Shown here in pieces: positions 1-14,199 of a stretch of 64,000 nt of DNA. How positions within the stretch are numbered: position 1 is the first letter of the stretch; the number at the start of each line of letters is the position of its first letter. Source of the stretch: Octopus bimaculoides (taxonomy: Eukaryota). Both the position numbers and the translations under genes were made by a program. The notes beneath the pieces are model-generated. The model had not been told where the DNA came from. It did no database searches and saw only the letters and a list, made by a program, of their open reading frames with translations. The DNA lies in assembly GCF_001194135.2 (NCBI RefSeq), contig NC_068981.1, positions 106,991,795-107,055,794 on the forward strand. Direction: 5' to 3'.

Positions 1-23
1 ATATATGTGTGTGTGTGTGTGTG

Positions 24-232
24 TATTTGTCCCCGCCACTACCATTGCTTGACAACCGATGTTGATGTGTTTACATCCCTGTAACTTAACAGTTCAGCAA
101 AAGAGGCTGATAAGATAAGTACTAGGCTTACAAAGAATAAGTCCTGGGGTCAATTTGTTCAACTAAAGGCGGTGCTCCAGCATGGCTACAGTCAAATGAC
201 TGAAACAAATAAAAGGAAAGAATAAAAGAATA
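24..232 (+). mobile_element. 3' half of a tRNA-derived SINE (family A)
   Basis: Body ...gcttgacaacc...ataagtac...cagcatggct..gtcaaatgactgaaac recurs at 12130-12305; similar degenerate copy near 25610-25750. Confidence 0.8.
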
Positions 233-3200
233 TACATATTGATTTTAATAACAAATGTTACGGAATGTAGGTAAATGGTAGAAGGGATTAAATTTTTGTC
301 ACTTATATTAGAGAGTTCATAACTTCCTTAAAACAAATATAAATTCAGGTTGACAATGAGACACAGGTGCTGTTTCATGTTTATAAATGGTGTAAAGAGT
401 TTAAACCAAAACCTTATTCAGTATCAGCACTGAAATGTGTCACAAACATCTAGAAATTGGGAACCATGTTAACTACATGTCATTTATGTTAGTGGGTGTC
501 ACTTATGTTAGTGGGTGTGCAGTTAGCATGTAGTTTAACCTTAACCCTAAACCTTCTCCTTAATCCTAAACTCTTTTCCTAACCCAGATCAGGTAACTTC
601 ACAGTGTAGACTATAGATAATGCAGTGGGCTACACCCTAAAGTAGCACCTGTTAGTGTTTTCAGTGTGCCGGCTGTCATCTTTTCATGTATAACATTTCT
701 CCATTTAATCATTGGCTTGTTCATGAAATCTATTTTAAGTTTTCCTTATAAGGAGAAATTTTATTGAGTTTGATACATATGTGGCATTTTGAGAATATTT
801 TTCTTTCCTAAAAAGCATAACCTTGTTGAATAAAGGTATTTTAAGTGCTACCTCCTTTTAAATTTTTCCATCTGAATATCTATTTTCAAGATTGTTTGTG
901 ACTTGACAGGCTGTATTATTTGCTCTTGGCAATTATCTTCACTCTGAAACATAAAGTGTGCACTGTTCTCTAAGTACTATGATCTCAGTTTCCTTGAGTA
1001 AACTTGAAAACTTCAAATAATACAATTCAAATAATACCCACCATTTCAACTAAAATATAATTCATTAAGTCAGTAGAAACTTCATTTTGTAGATTCTGCA
1101 ATACTTTCAAATAGACTCATCTATTATCAACTTTTTTGAGAAAGACTTGATGAATATTTTATAATTTTGAACCACTTTTTTTCACTATAATTGTGACATT
1201 TTTACACTATATTTGACCTTGTTTTGTGGTTGCTTTGAGACTACAGTATATTCTGCAATTTTGGCTATTTTCTCAGAAATTCCTTTGCAAATGGCTTGTG
1301 TATAGAGTATAAAGAAATATTTCCATATTCTTCATCATACACATGCATCATCGAAACTTAGATTCTTCTAGTGGGTTACACAGTATTATTCTGAGATACG
1401 TGAAATTTCTTTAATAATATTGCATCACTTCTGACTACAGCACTAGTTGAGCTGAAATTTATCATCTTTTATAAATCTAATTCTTTATCAAATAAAAATT
1501 GTTAGTATCTGTGAAAAGTAACTCACTGTTAGCCATAGTTCCATCAGAGAAACATTATTTCATTTACAAAATCAGCAGTTTTCTAACTGAGGTGTTGTTA
1601 ATTTCATTCACAATTAATGTGTGATAAGAAGCACCTCAGATATCCTTCATAATATTTTGAAAAATGACACAGTTAATTAACTCAACAATTTCAAAATTTT
1701 TGCTGTTCCAATTTTCTAGAAGTATTTTTACCTGTGATCAAGGAAATTTTGAAAAGGAAGCATTGAATAACTAATTGAAATAGGATGCAGTACATTGTCA
1801 ATCAATACTTTCATTTGTTGAACTTCATTGCAGTTTACTAAACCTTGATTTGCTCTTTGATTTAATATTTTGTTTCATTTAGAAGTGAGTTATTCCATGT
1901 ATCTGTTAAATTCTTCATAATTTTCACACTTCCTTGAAATGAACATTTTGATTGAGAAATCTGTAGTCAATTTTCCATTAATTCCATATCATTTCTTTTT
2001 GCAAAATTCTAACTAACTTTGGCTTTTGCACATTGGTATTCACTCAGCTGAGATTTAGAACTCTTTCAGGGTCCAAAGACCCATAAAGATTAATGTTAAC
2101 TATAATGACAAAGCTCTTTTAAAACAAAACATCATGATCATGACTAGAAGTATTTCTTTCATCACTAGAAGCTACACTAGGTTTTCTATCTTAACAGTAG
2201 ATTGTTTCATAATTTAACTTTAATTTTCAGTCTTCACAATATTTTACTTGAATCATGACTCATTTTCAAACTGAAAAACACATTTAATTTGTATTGATAT
2301 CATCTGTCCCTTGTTACTGAGCAGCATACTATGAACCTTCTTTGTTTATCACTGTCAGTATTTCTTTTCCAAACCTAAAGTATCATTGATATCAGCTGTC
2401 CCAGAGAGGGGATATAGGGCTGCACTACATTCCCTTTCTGCTTATCACTACCAGTAGATTTTTTCAATGCTCCTAGGTGGGCAGTAATTGCCTACTTAAA
2501 GAACAACTGCTCTAGGTGCTTATTGAATTCAATAATTACTTGCTATTAACTACATAGGTGGGAGCATTTTTGTAGCTGCTCAACTTGCTTGAAACTGCAA
2601 CGAAATTCCCAACAAAAAAGAGACATAAAAATTGGAAGCCACAATTTATACATTATAGTATTGAATTTAAGAAAAAAGGTGGCATGATCAGTGATGTAAA
2701 AGCTGTTGTATAAAATATAAGGTATTACAGACAGATTGCAACAATAAATAATTTTATCAGTTTTCCTTGATTTTCCACACACTACCAGTGTTAGCCTGAA
2801 GTTATCTAAGTCAGTATAATAATTCAAGTAATAAAAGGAACACATGTCCTGACAGAAGTTGTGAAATACATACTTGAAATTAGTATTGCAAATCTAGAAA
2901 AATAACTAGGCCCAATTATGTTAATAAAGCAAGGTTTACTAAATATGTTTAAATTACTTGAGTAATTATTCATGTGGTGTGTTAAATATATCATTATGCA
3001 TATGAACTAAAATTACACTGCCAGTAAGGGAAAAAAAGGAAAGAAAATATGCGTGCATTTTACTGAAAACTGGCAGAAAATGAGACCCAGCAAATAGTTA
3101 TTTTTTGACTTAAACATGCCTACTATTTTAGGCTAACTGAAAGATTTCCTATCAAGAAATTCTGCTGGTTTCTGCACTTCTATTTATGTATGTGTTTGTG

Positions 3201-5446
3201 CATGCATTTGAAACTCTTGGCTCTTGTGGTACTGACAATCTGACTGAAGCATTTGCGGCTTGTAATACATACTGAAACTACATCAGCCTGTGACTGTTAC
3301 ATCTGACAAAAATGATTTAAGGCTTGGTATCCTTGTTTTCGTAAAATTATATTCAAAGTGGGACCTAAAATTCTAAGACTACTCTTCCTTTTATAATGAT
3401 GTTATTAATTTATCCACAGAAAATTTGTTTCTGTTAGTTACATTTTCTGAATAATTACAAGGAATTCATGAGTTTAATTTGAATAATGGCAAACAATTTT
3501 CAAAAGGAATGTACACTCCAAATCATGATGGTAAAGGCAGACAATATTAAAAAGGAATAATATTTGTTGTTGATAGACTTTTGATCATAGATCCCCGAAA
3601 AGGTTAAATTGGCACTAAACAACTATCACCATCATTATCAACTCAATAACTCAGTTCATTTATTTCAGCTGTCAATTGTCATTTACAAACTTAGTGTCTC
3701 AGTTAAGAAAAAAGTAAATGACCACATAAATTATCAGTTAATAATCTTAGAGACAATGACTTTCTATTAATTTGAATTTCACATTGTATTTTAATTGCCA
3801 GGCAACTAAATATGAATAGACTACTGGAATGTTAAGCAATGGCAACTGGGAAGTTTTATAACAGAAACAATCACACCATAATCAAAAGCCATTTTCATTT
3901 TCAAGAAGACATTGTTTAGTATTTGGCTGAATATTGTTACTACAACACTGTGTGAAATAGAGCAATCCAGCCAATGAATTGTGACTGAGGTCTTCTAGGT
4001 TTGTTGTCTGGCCACGATCTTGCAAACCTATGATCGAAGGCATTTAAACCATGACCATTCTCTCTTTCCCTTCTACTCTGAAATATTGTATCTCAGTCTA
4101 TGATATCTTGTGAGTCCTTTTTTAAGACAATAAAATACTGATCTAAGGAAGATTTGGTTGCAATTTCCAGCAGTTTTAGTGACCACATAGAAGTACTTTT
4201 ATTGAACATTATAAAGCCCCTTGGGTTAAGATTGAAAATAACTATGTTTTTCATAACATGAAGATCTCATCTTCATAGTATCTACTTCAGAATAACTTCT
4301 ACAGTATTTTTACTCTGTTTTTTGTCCCTTCAAACTATCAATTATTTACAAATCAATGGGATTTTTATACTCATGAGTGACTGTATACTTCATTGAAATG
4401 AACCTTTTTACTATATATGTTCCCAAAACATCTGGATTTCATAAAAGAAGTCTAGAGAAGCATTTAAATTATTACTTGAGAATCATTAACTGCAATCAAA
4501 ATAAAAATTAAGTATTTAAATATATTTGGTCAGGTTTTTGTTCGTTCTAAAAAAAAAAAAAGACATACATAAACATTTTTGATGTGCAGCCAATGAGTCA
4601 TGAATACCGAAAATTAAATTTCATATATTTAAACAATATATACTTTTAGCTAAAGTGTTTTTAGTGAACTAACTAGTAAGTGTTCTTTTAAATTATTACA
4701 TCGGAAATATTACTTAACCTTTCATTTAAACTATCTCAGTCTTTTATAATGAAATTAATTTGCTTTAATAAATTCAGTTTGATTATCAATATATATTGTA
4801 TGGTTTAATAAATATTCAAAGAATTATTAAGTGCCATTTTCATTGATACCATAATCAAATGATTGTGTCTGATGCATGAGTTGGAAAACTTTCTTCTCTC
4901 TTGCAAAATAGAAATCAGTCTATTAAAAAGACAATAACTTCTCTTTTATTGGTTTCTACTGTTACAGATTAGATTGTCTGCTCATGTTCTTCCAAACTTT
5001 CCTTCTTAATATGATGTTTGTTTATCTGACTTGCATATAACTTCTAAATCTGTGGCAAAAGTAATTTCCAACCTCGACATTTATATGGCATCTGGGTTGG
5101 ATAATATTTCTATTATTATTTTGAAAATATGTCTGAACTTCCTTCTGTTCTCTCAAAATTCTTCAGTATATGCTTAACTTTTGGAAATTGGCCTCTTATT
5201 CCTGTTTCCCAAAACTCCAGTGAGTGTTCTGATCTTTATAACTACTGACCAATCAACCTTGTCAATAATATTAATACACTAGGTTTTTTTGTTTTTGTAC
5301 ATACCTGTAGTGTGTGTCACACTTACTTCAAAGGAAAAGGTAAAAAGGTTGAAGGAAGTAGTACAAAGAAAAATAAAAATAAAAGGTGTTAAGCAGAGGA
5401 GGTATAGTTGAAGTGAGAGGAGAGGGACAGAAGCAGGAGAGAGTGG

Positions 5447-5780
5447 AGGGACAGAAGCAGAGGAAGTATAGCTGAAGTGAGAGGTAAAGCAGCAAAGAGG
5501 AGGAAGTAAGAGAGAGTGAGAAAGAAAGAAGATTGATAGTGCTGAGAGGTAAGAGAAATATAAAACATTAAAGGCAGGAGGACAGTTAGAGGCTAGGGGA
5601 CATAGAGGAGGGGAGAGACAGAAGCAGAGGAAGTATAGCTGAAGTGAGACAAAGCAGCAAAGAGGAGGAAGTCAGAGGGAGTGACAGAGAGAGACAGGAG
5701 ATTGATAGTGCTGAGAGGTAAGAGAAATATGTGTTAAAGGCAGGAGGTCAGTTAGAGTCAAGGAGACATAGAGGAGAGAG
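5447..5780. repeat. Two tandem copies of a ~167-bp purine-rich unit
   Basis: gacagaagcagaggaagtatagctgaagtgaga...gattgatagtgctgagaggtaagagaaatat...aaaggcaggagg...cagttagag occurs twice in tandem. Confidence 0.85.
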
Positions 5781-5941
5781 AGGGGAGGGAGTGGGGAAAA
5801 GTGTGAGATGAAGAGGTAAAAAGGTTGAAGGGGGTCCAAAGGAAAGTAGATACATAGACACATTGTTAAAACAAAGACAAATAACTACAGCAAATATTGG
5901 TTGTCACTTTCACTTTTCATTACCACACCAGGATAAAATCA

Positions 5942-6090
5942 AGATGCAAGTGGCTGAGTACTCCACAGCATGCATAACATTAATTTAGTTGTCAAGAAGA
6001 TTCAGCCTCACACAGCATTTGACAAGGCTGGTCCTTTTGAATTACAACTACAATTCATTTTGGCCACCTGAGTGAACTGGAGGAAGATGA
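5942..6090 (-). mobile_element. SINE family B fragment
   Basis: Shares gagtactccacag...cagcctcacacag...gacaagg..gg.c..tttgaattaca with 6421-6706. Confidence 0.7.
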
Positions 6091-6420
6091 ACCATCAAGT
6101 AGTTGTAAGAAAACAAAAAAAAAGATCCAATATGGGACAGGAAAATCTTTTTAGTCATTAGGGTGTCACTATGGGTGTTAATCCAGTTCTAACAGCAGCA
6201 TTTGTGGGTCTCGCAGATCGGGGAGGCCAAGCCTCCAGATAAACACTGATGCGTAGGCTGTTGTTTTCAAACAGAGCGCGAGTCAAAGGAGAAATCACTA
6301 CACGACGGAATAGCAATTATTTCGTCTCAGCTTTCACTGCTTATAATAAACACATGATATTTTTGCATTTTGACATGGAACATTCCCTTTTCTTTCACTC
6401 TTTTTTAAAAATGGCACTCT

Positions 6421-6706
6421 GTCGGTTACAATGATGTACGTCGGTTACGACGATGTACGTCGGTTACGGCCGAGTACTCCACAGACATGCATACCATTAA
6501 CATATTTCTCAGGGAAATTCAGCCTCACACAGAATGTGACAAGGTTGGCCTCTTTGAATTACAGCTACAACTCATTTTTACCAGCTGTGTGGACTACAGC
6601 AAAGTGAAATAGAGTGCTTTGCTCAAGAACACAGCGCACTGCTTGGAATCGTACTCATGACCTTACAATGGTGGGCTGAATACCCCTAATCAATGAGCCA
6701 CATACC
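6421..6706 (-). mobile_element. SINE family B, near full length, with a tRNA-like head at the right end
   Basis: The reverse complement has A/B-box-like head motifs. The left end carries a 19-bp unit gtcggttac.a.gatgtac repeated about 2.5 times. Confidence 0.75.
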
Positions 6707-8098
6707 TTCACTTTCTTAACTGTAGAGAAAAGGAATGAAGCGATAGAGACAGGAAAAGAAAACCCTCAGTCATTTAAAATGACAATTACACTGAAGTACA
6801 ATCAATCTTTTCTAGCTTCTTTACTTTTAAAAATGGAGAAGGAAAGAGATTTAGTAATGAATAGAGGGAATGTCTTTCAGGTGTTTGTTTTCATTCTGGG
6901 AGATCTAGAAAGATCGAGTGTTAGTTCTCTCTTCTTTACCCCACCCCCGGTATTTATTTGCTTTGTTTGATAGTTCTTCATGTCTTTTAGTTTTGGGGAA
7001 AGACCATGTTGTTTTTGAGACACGTTTAACATTTTTTCTACAACCTACAAAGAAGCCCCCCCCCCTCCCTCCTTTTTTTTCATACTAAAACTAACGCAAA
7101 TTTTGAATGGGGTATAGCTGTAAAAAGAGGCCAGAAAAATGGGTAACACTCCCTACAAAATAAGGTGGGTGAGAAAATAGTAATTTTGATTACGTTTGTA
7201 TAACTGAGATATTTTGGTTGGTTTATATAGTGATCAGTTTTACACTTCTTTCTATATTCTGTGTTACAACATAGAAACATTTCTCATGGCACCAGCACAC
7301 AATTTACAGATGCTTATATTTTTTAATATTTGCTGTGAAGTTTGCTTGGGTCCAGCTAGTTCTTATGATTCTTTCAATTCTTCATTGATCATGTTATATT
7401 TTTTAGGGCAGCTTCTCATTAGATTGTTTCCCTGTCCTTTTCAAAACTCTCAACAAAGTGGTTGTTCATTTATTGTTTACTCATAACTTACCTCCTTGTT
7501 AGGAGTGAATTTCAATTAAAAAAGCAAATTGTTTAATTTATGTTGTGCTGACACTTCCCAAAAAAGGATGAAATGGTGCTATACATGGCTACCAACAATG
7601 AGAAATTTCAAGCTTTCAGTAATGTGTAGCAAAAAAAAAAATATTAAACATGCATATTCTGTACACCTTCTTTACCTTTTGATGTAAATTTCAACCATCC
7701 AAACCTGCCTTATCTTAATCTAGAAGAGATTGTCTCCTCTATGATAGTTGGTCACTAGGGGTACACCAAGTGTTGAAATTCTTTCACTATTTTTTTTCAA
7801 CTAGCACAATTGATCTTGTAACACTTTTCATTGTATATTGTTAATAGCTGCTTTCCTTTCTCACACAGCTGTTTTTCCTTTGCTTTTTATTGTTTTTAAT
7901 AGGCAGGCCTTCACCACAGTCCATGGAAAATCAGTGTCAAAACAAAATAAAAGTGTGAGATTGAAATCAATACAAAGCTAACTGTCTTCAAAGTTAATGT
8001 ATTTGGGGTTCATAAATGGAGTGCCATACAACCAGCAATAGCATTTGGAATAATAGATAATGTGTAATATTTGGTATGTTGTTTAGTGGGATACTTAA

Positions 8099-8731
8099 AG
8101 GATATAACCAAAATTACCAGCTGGGTATATAATATACTTCATTAATTATATCATACTTTAGTTAATACTTATATTTATTAAATACTCATATTTATTAAAT
8201 TTTCCTCAAATTCACTATTTTAGTATCAGCAAAAAAAGGAAGATATGTATTTGAATTTTTCTTGTTATATATGACATTTAAACATAGACATTTTTATTCT
8301 GTTGTTTAATCTTATATCTCACATTGTATATTGGACATATACTTGATTTTACATGATTGATATATATGCTAATTCATATTTATAATGTATAATATATAAA
8401 TTTTAATTCTTAATATTACAAAGTATAATTTTTAATCTTTAATGCTTAATTGTATTGCTTATTTTTAAAGGGATGTAAAATTAGGTATATATAATATTTT
8501 GAAATAGAACCTGAACATGTGTTGGAATGATTGTAAATCTTACGATTGCATATATGTATTTATATATGTATATATATGGGTATACAGTTGTGTATATGTA
8601 TATATATTGTAATCTTCCAATACTGAAACACGTGTAGTTCCTTCATATTTAATAAATATAAGTATTAACTGAAGTATGATATAATTAATGAAGTATATTA
8701 TATACCCAGCTGGTAATTTTGGTTATATCCT
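8099..8731. mobile_element. MITE with 86-bp TIRs and TTAA TSD (Kolobok-like termini)
   Basis: 8099-8184 is the reverse complement of 8646-8731 with 1 mismatch; TTAA at 8095-8098 and 8732-8735; termini AG...CT. Confidence 0.85.
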
Positions 8732-8994
8732 TTAAGTATTATTTCGTGATGTGCAAACAGATACCATGAGTTTACTGTCAGATATACTCATTAGGTTATT
8801 TTTGTATTATCTGAAATAGAATAACCGCATATCGATTAATCACCCAAAACTGAATATTGACTTTTATCACATACTTTGTATATTTATAGATAAATATATA
8901 AATATACGATAAATAAGACCCCAAAGAACAATATGTATATGCATATAACGCTGAAGGGTTGCACCTGATTGATTTGGAAATTTGTTTTCCCAAA

Positions 8995-9450
8995 TNNNNN
9001 NNNNNNNNNNNNNNNNNNNNNNNNNNNNNNNNNNNNNNNNNNNNNNNNNNNNNNNNNNNNNNNNNNNNNNNNNNNNNNNNNNNNNNNNNNNNNNNNNNNN
9101 NNNNNNNNNNNNNNNNNNNNNNNNNNNNNNNNNNNNNNNNNNNNNNNNNNNNNNNNNNNNNNNNNNNNNNNNNNNNNNNNNNNNNNNNNNNNNNNNNNNN
9201 NNNNNNNNNNNNNNNNNNNNNNNNNNNNNNNNNNNNNNNNNNNNNNNNNNNNNNNNNNNNNNNNNNNNNNNNNNNNNNNNNNNNNNNNNNNNNNNNNNNN
9301 NNNNNNNNNNNNNNNNNNNNNNNNNNNNNNNNNNNNNNNNNNNNNNNNNNNNNNNNNNNNNNNNNNNNNNNNNNNNNNNNNNNNNNNNNNNNNNNNNNNN
9401 NNNNNNNNNNNNNNNNNNNNNNNNNNNNNNNNNNNNNNNNNNNNNNNNNN
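8995..9450. other. Assembly gap
   Basis: N run. Confidence 1.
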
Positions 9451-10206
9451 CAGTGACTTTATTTCTCTATCTTTATCTTATGATATTTACTTTGTTATAT
9501 ATTATACTCATTTATTGTGCTTTTAAATAGTGGATTTTCATCGATGAGTTCTTGAAACTTGGTTCTTTTCCCTAAAACTATATATATATATATATATAAT
9601 TATATATACATGCAGATATATAAATATATCATTTAGAGAAAAGAACTACAGTTCCTGAACTCATCCATGAGAATCCAGTCACATATAGAAAAAATTTAAT
9701 AAGTAAATACACTAAAAAGAACTATAATAAAATACAAAGTAATAATTATTAAAATTATTTTATTTTATTTTATTTTTGATAAATTAAATTAAATTGAGTT
9801 TTTACCTGTAAATTTGGATCCCTAATATTATTATCATAATTATATATATGTATGTATATATACATGTATATAAATTTAAATAAGTGTAAAAATTGATATT
9901 AATTAAATTAATACCAAATTAAACCAGTGGCCAAGCATATTGAACAAAATCTGAAGAGTCAGAAAATTATATTGCATACATATAAGAGCAATGACCACTA
10001 GGTGGATTCCTAATATGCTGAAGGTAGACCCCATATGGTCTAGTCACTAAAAAAAAATTGTTCTAAACACTATATTTCTTCTGATTACTATATTTTGTAT
10101 GTTTTCATTTGTTTTGCTTGCTTTATGTTCTGGTGTTTGCTGAAATTTCTTGAGAACAATTTTGTCTTAGTGGTTAGACCATATGGTATCTACCTTTAGC
10201 ATTCCT

Positions 10207-10241
<35 letters not shown>

Positions 10242-10728
10242 NNNNNNNNNNNNNNNNNNNNNNNNNNNNNNNNNNNNNNNNNNNNNNNNNNNNNNNNNNN
10301 NNNNNNNNNNNNNNNNNNNNNNNNNNNNNNNNNNNNNNNNNNNNNNNNNNNNNNNNNNNNNNNNNNNNNNNNNNNNNNNNNNNNNNNNNNNNNNNNNNNN
10401 NNNNNNNNNNNNNNNNNNNNNNNNNNNNNNNNNNNNNNNNNNNNNNNNNNNNNNNNNNNNNNNNNNNNNNNNNNNNNNNNNNNNNNNNNNNNNNNNNNNN
10501 NNNNNNNNNNNNNNNNNNNNNNNNNNNNNNNNNNNNNNNNNNNNNNNNNNNNNNNNNNNNNNNNNNNNNNNNNNNNNNNNNNNNNNNNNNNNNNNNNNNN
10601 NNNNNNNNNNNNNNNNNNNNNNNNNNNNNNNNNNNNNNNNNNNNNNNNNNNNNNNNNNNNNNNNNNNNNNNNNNNNNNNNNNNNNNNNNNNNNNNNNNNN
10701 NNNNNNNNNNNNNNNNNNNNNNNNNNNN
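10242..10728. other. Assembly gap
   Basis: N run after (TA)n. Confidence 1.
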
Positions 10729-11910
10729 TATTGCGCACACGCACACACTTCATATCCCCCTCCGCCGTTTACATGCATACAAATATATTCACACAGACTT
10801 GAAACGCTGTTTGATGTATTTTTTTCATACTACAATTTTAATCATTAAATTAAACTTTTGGCTGTATTGTATCTGTTTAGTTTTGTCTTTCTCTTTTTTC
10901 TTTCTTTCTTTCTTTTTTTTTTTTTGCATTGATTCTAATGATTTTCATTGGCTTTGTGTCTAAACTTGTGCACAAAGTACTGTTGTAAAAGTTTAAATAA
11001 GCAAGCTTCTTGGGTCCAGGGAGAGAATGAGTGTCATCATCATTTAATGTCCATCTTCTATGCTGGTATGAGTTGGACATGTGAATATTAGTAAAATGTA
11101 TGTTCATCATGAAGAAAATTCAAAAACTGAAGTTGTGATGTTTATACTACTAGAGTTGCCCTCTTGTCACTAACACCATCCAAGTCACAAAGGGTCAGTA
11201 GTTGATCTGTTTGCAACTTAAAACACACAAGGTTATTTTTCACAAATTACAGGGTAAAGTTAAAACAAAAACAAAACATTTTTAATATGATGAATAGCAT
11301 CAGTTGCTTAATACACAACTCCTAATTATTTAAACTAAAATAATGAGGGCTAGTTGTAAAAGTGATATATACTAACAGTGACATATACCCATGGCCCAGA
11401 AACATGTTGGAAAAAATAATTATATCAGATCTCTGAGTACCAAGCTTTGCAGAATTGAAAAAGAAAATATGTTGTATACTATTTCTTATCTTTAAAGTAT
11501 TGTTTGTTTTCTTTCTCATCATGGTATATGAATAAAAGTAGATGGGTCTATTTTTTTGTGAAGTTATTTCAGTTATTATTTCAGAATCTATTTATCAATA
11601 TTATAACATTTTGTTAAATTATTTGCCACAGGTTTAACTAGTAATTATCTGTCTTACTGTGTAAGTTGTATTCAGTAACTCTACAGCAACTACTTAACTT
11701 CTGTAATATAGTTAACCATCATTAAATTTGAACAGTAGTTTTGTGTGCAGGCTGCTATTATGATAAATCAGCTTAACATTGATTTCAATTTTGCTCCTGG
11801 GAACTTTTTGCTTATTTTTTCTTTTCTTTTTATAACTTTACCAAAATAGAATTAGGTCTTGAATAGATTGCTAGAATATTTAGTAGATGAATTTATGGAA
11901 TGTATTTTTG

Positions 11911-12305
11911 TAATGGGTGTATGTTAAGATTTGCTTCCCAACCACACGGTTTAGAGTTTAGTCCCACTGAATGTAGGGCTAATATTTCCTACATGGTACA
12001 TTGGGCTAGTGTTTTCTACTATAGCCTTGGGCTGACCAAAACCTTGTTAGCAGATTTGGTAAATCAAGGTTAAATGAAACTCATTATGTGTATATATATG
12101 TGTGTGTGTGTCTTTTTTGTTTTGTTTGTCCCCAACTGCTGCTTGACAACCTTTGTTGGGTTTTTTTTTTATGTCCCTGTAACTTTTGGCAAAAGGGACT
12201 GAAAGAATAAGTACCTATCTTAGTAAGTACTGGATTCAATTTGTTCAACTAAACTCCTCAAGGTGGTACCCCAGCATGGCTGTAGTCCAATGACTGAAAC
12301 AAAAG
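11911..12305 (+). mobile_element. Full-length SINE family A
   Basis: tRNA-like head (cttcccaaccacacggt...gtcccactg), ttctactatagcc core, internal (TA/TG)n, tail matching 24-232. Confidence 0.8.
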
Positions 12306-12524
12306 ATATCATTTAATTACACATTTCTCTATACAACTCAGGTTATGAATTGTCAGTTCTCTATAAATCTATGACAATTCTAGAACTGTTGTGCCTGACT
12401 TATATATAAGTCTGCTATGAGCTAATTTCAACGATGTTCATTTGTTTTCCTGTGTTATTTAGAATTCATCTGACGTTAGATAATTATCTATTATGATATT
12501 GTTTCATGGATTCTAATAATCCTT

Positions 12525-12720
12525 TTTGTCACAGGCAGAAAGCCTGAAATTTTTAGGAAGGTGGCTAGTTTATTATATTGACCCAGTGCTCAACTGGTAC
12601 TTATTTCATCGACCCTGAAAGGATGAAAGACAAAGTCAACCTTAGTGGAATTTGAAGTTCAAACATAAAGGTGGACAAAATGCATTTTGTCTGGCATGCT
12701 AACAATTCAGTCAGCTCTCC
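12525..12720 (-). mobile_element. SINE family C
   Basis: gacccagtg...tacttattt..atc.acc...aaaggatgaaag.caaagt..ac core also seen at 12905-13130, 30005-30210, 36250-36380 and 52915-53122 (all -) and 59650-59890 (+). Confidence 0.75.
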
Positions 12721-12904
12721 ATCTCATCAATTCTAATAATGTTTGTGTTTCAAGCCAGTGCCTACCTTACTGTTGATATTTTTCAAAGTAAAAACCTAGA
12801 TGCCATGTTCTTTATATGTTAGTGCAAAGAATATGGTACAAGCTAATCTAAAGGCAGTCTACAATGGCATGAATGCTACTACTACTATTACTATTACTAC
12901 TAAT

Positions 12905-13130
12905 AATGGTTTCTAATTTAGGTACAGGGTCTGCACTTTTGAGAGGGATGGGTTTAGTCAATACCAGCAACCCTTGTATTTTACTGGTACATCATTTTAT
13001 CAACCTGGGGTTGGGGAATGAAAGGCAGAGTTGACCTCAGCAAAATTTGAACTCATAGTCTAAAGAGCTGAAGTAAATGTCACAAGATATATTTTCTGAC
13101 ATGCTACTGTTTCTACCAGTTTGCCATTCT
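12905..13130 (-). mobile_element. SINE family C (diverged)
   Basis: Same core as 12525-12720. Confidence 0.65.
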
Positions 13131-14199
13131 ACTGTTACTACTACTACTAATAATGATATACTCAATATGATACTTCCCAAAGAGTAGGGAGAAACACACT
13201 ATTGGAATGCTAACTATAGATGACTACTCAGTATCAATTTAACCATAATCATTTCACTTTGCTTGCATTGGTTACATAATTTCTTTCTTGCAAATAAAAG
13301 TTAATATTTATTAATTTCGTTAACAGTAGGCTTTTGATGGAGACATTAACAGATCAGATTTTGTGTCTTTTTCTTATCCTCTGTACTGCACTATAGCCAT
13401 GAGAAACTTTTATCTCTCCATTGGTCCTATGTACCCCATGCTGTAATTAGGTATCATCTATTACTGCAATTTTTTGTCACCTGTAGGAATACTATATGGA
13501 TTGAGATCTATTTTTTAATGTTGATTAGAAAGGAATAAATTCTGCTAGACTACTCAAAATTTTCATTTTGAAGAAAGAAATTTTCAAGTAGTTCCCTTTA
13601 ATAGATTGTGGAACTCTCCACTCCCTTATTTTCCGAAAATAAAAAGAATGCAATAAACAGATCAAGAGGACATGCGTGGGATAGAGAGTCTTTGAAGAGG
13701 TCACAGGATGTATGACGAAAGATCTTTAAAGCTGAAGTAATGGCCAAATATATAGTTCCTGGGTTTAAGGTAGTTTACTTTTCAGAAAAATTCTAGTATC
13801 TTGTTCAAAACGGTGTTTTATGTCGTGTTTTTGGTACCGAAAGACTTTCAGACTTCGTATACTTATCTATTTTGTGTTATAGAACAGAAAAAATTTTTTT
13901 GTAATGACACATTCTACCAGTGTCCCAAGTTTCAAAGTGTTTCGTTAAGAAAATACTGGTGCCCCCGTTTTGAACAAGATCCAAATTCTATTGCATGGCA
14001 GAATGTAAATGAAACTTCTACTGTTTCTAAAGTAGAGAGAAGTACAAGAGAAAAGAAGTTTTCATATTTTTTTTTTCTAACTATCCTGACCCAGTTCTTC
14101 AAGTGATGGTTTTTTCCTGAAGACTTAAGTACGTTGTCAAGTTGTTTGGGCTGACTAAAATAATTTCTTGACAGCGGCATAACAAGCGCATGGCTCATT

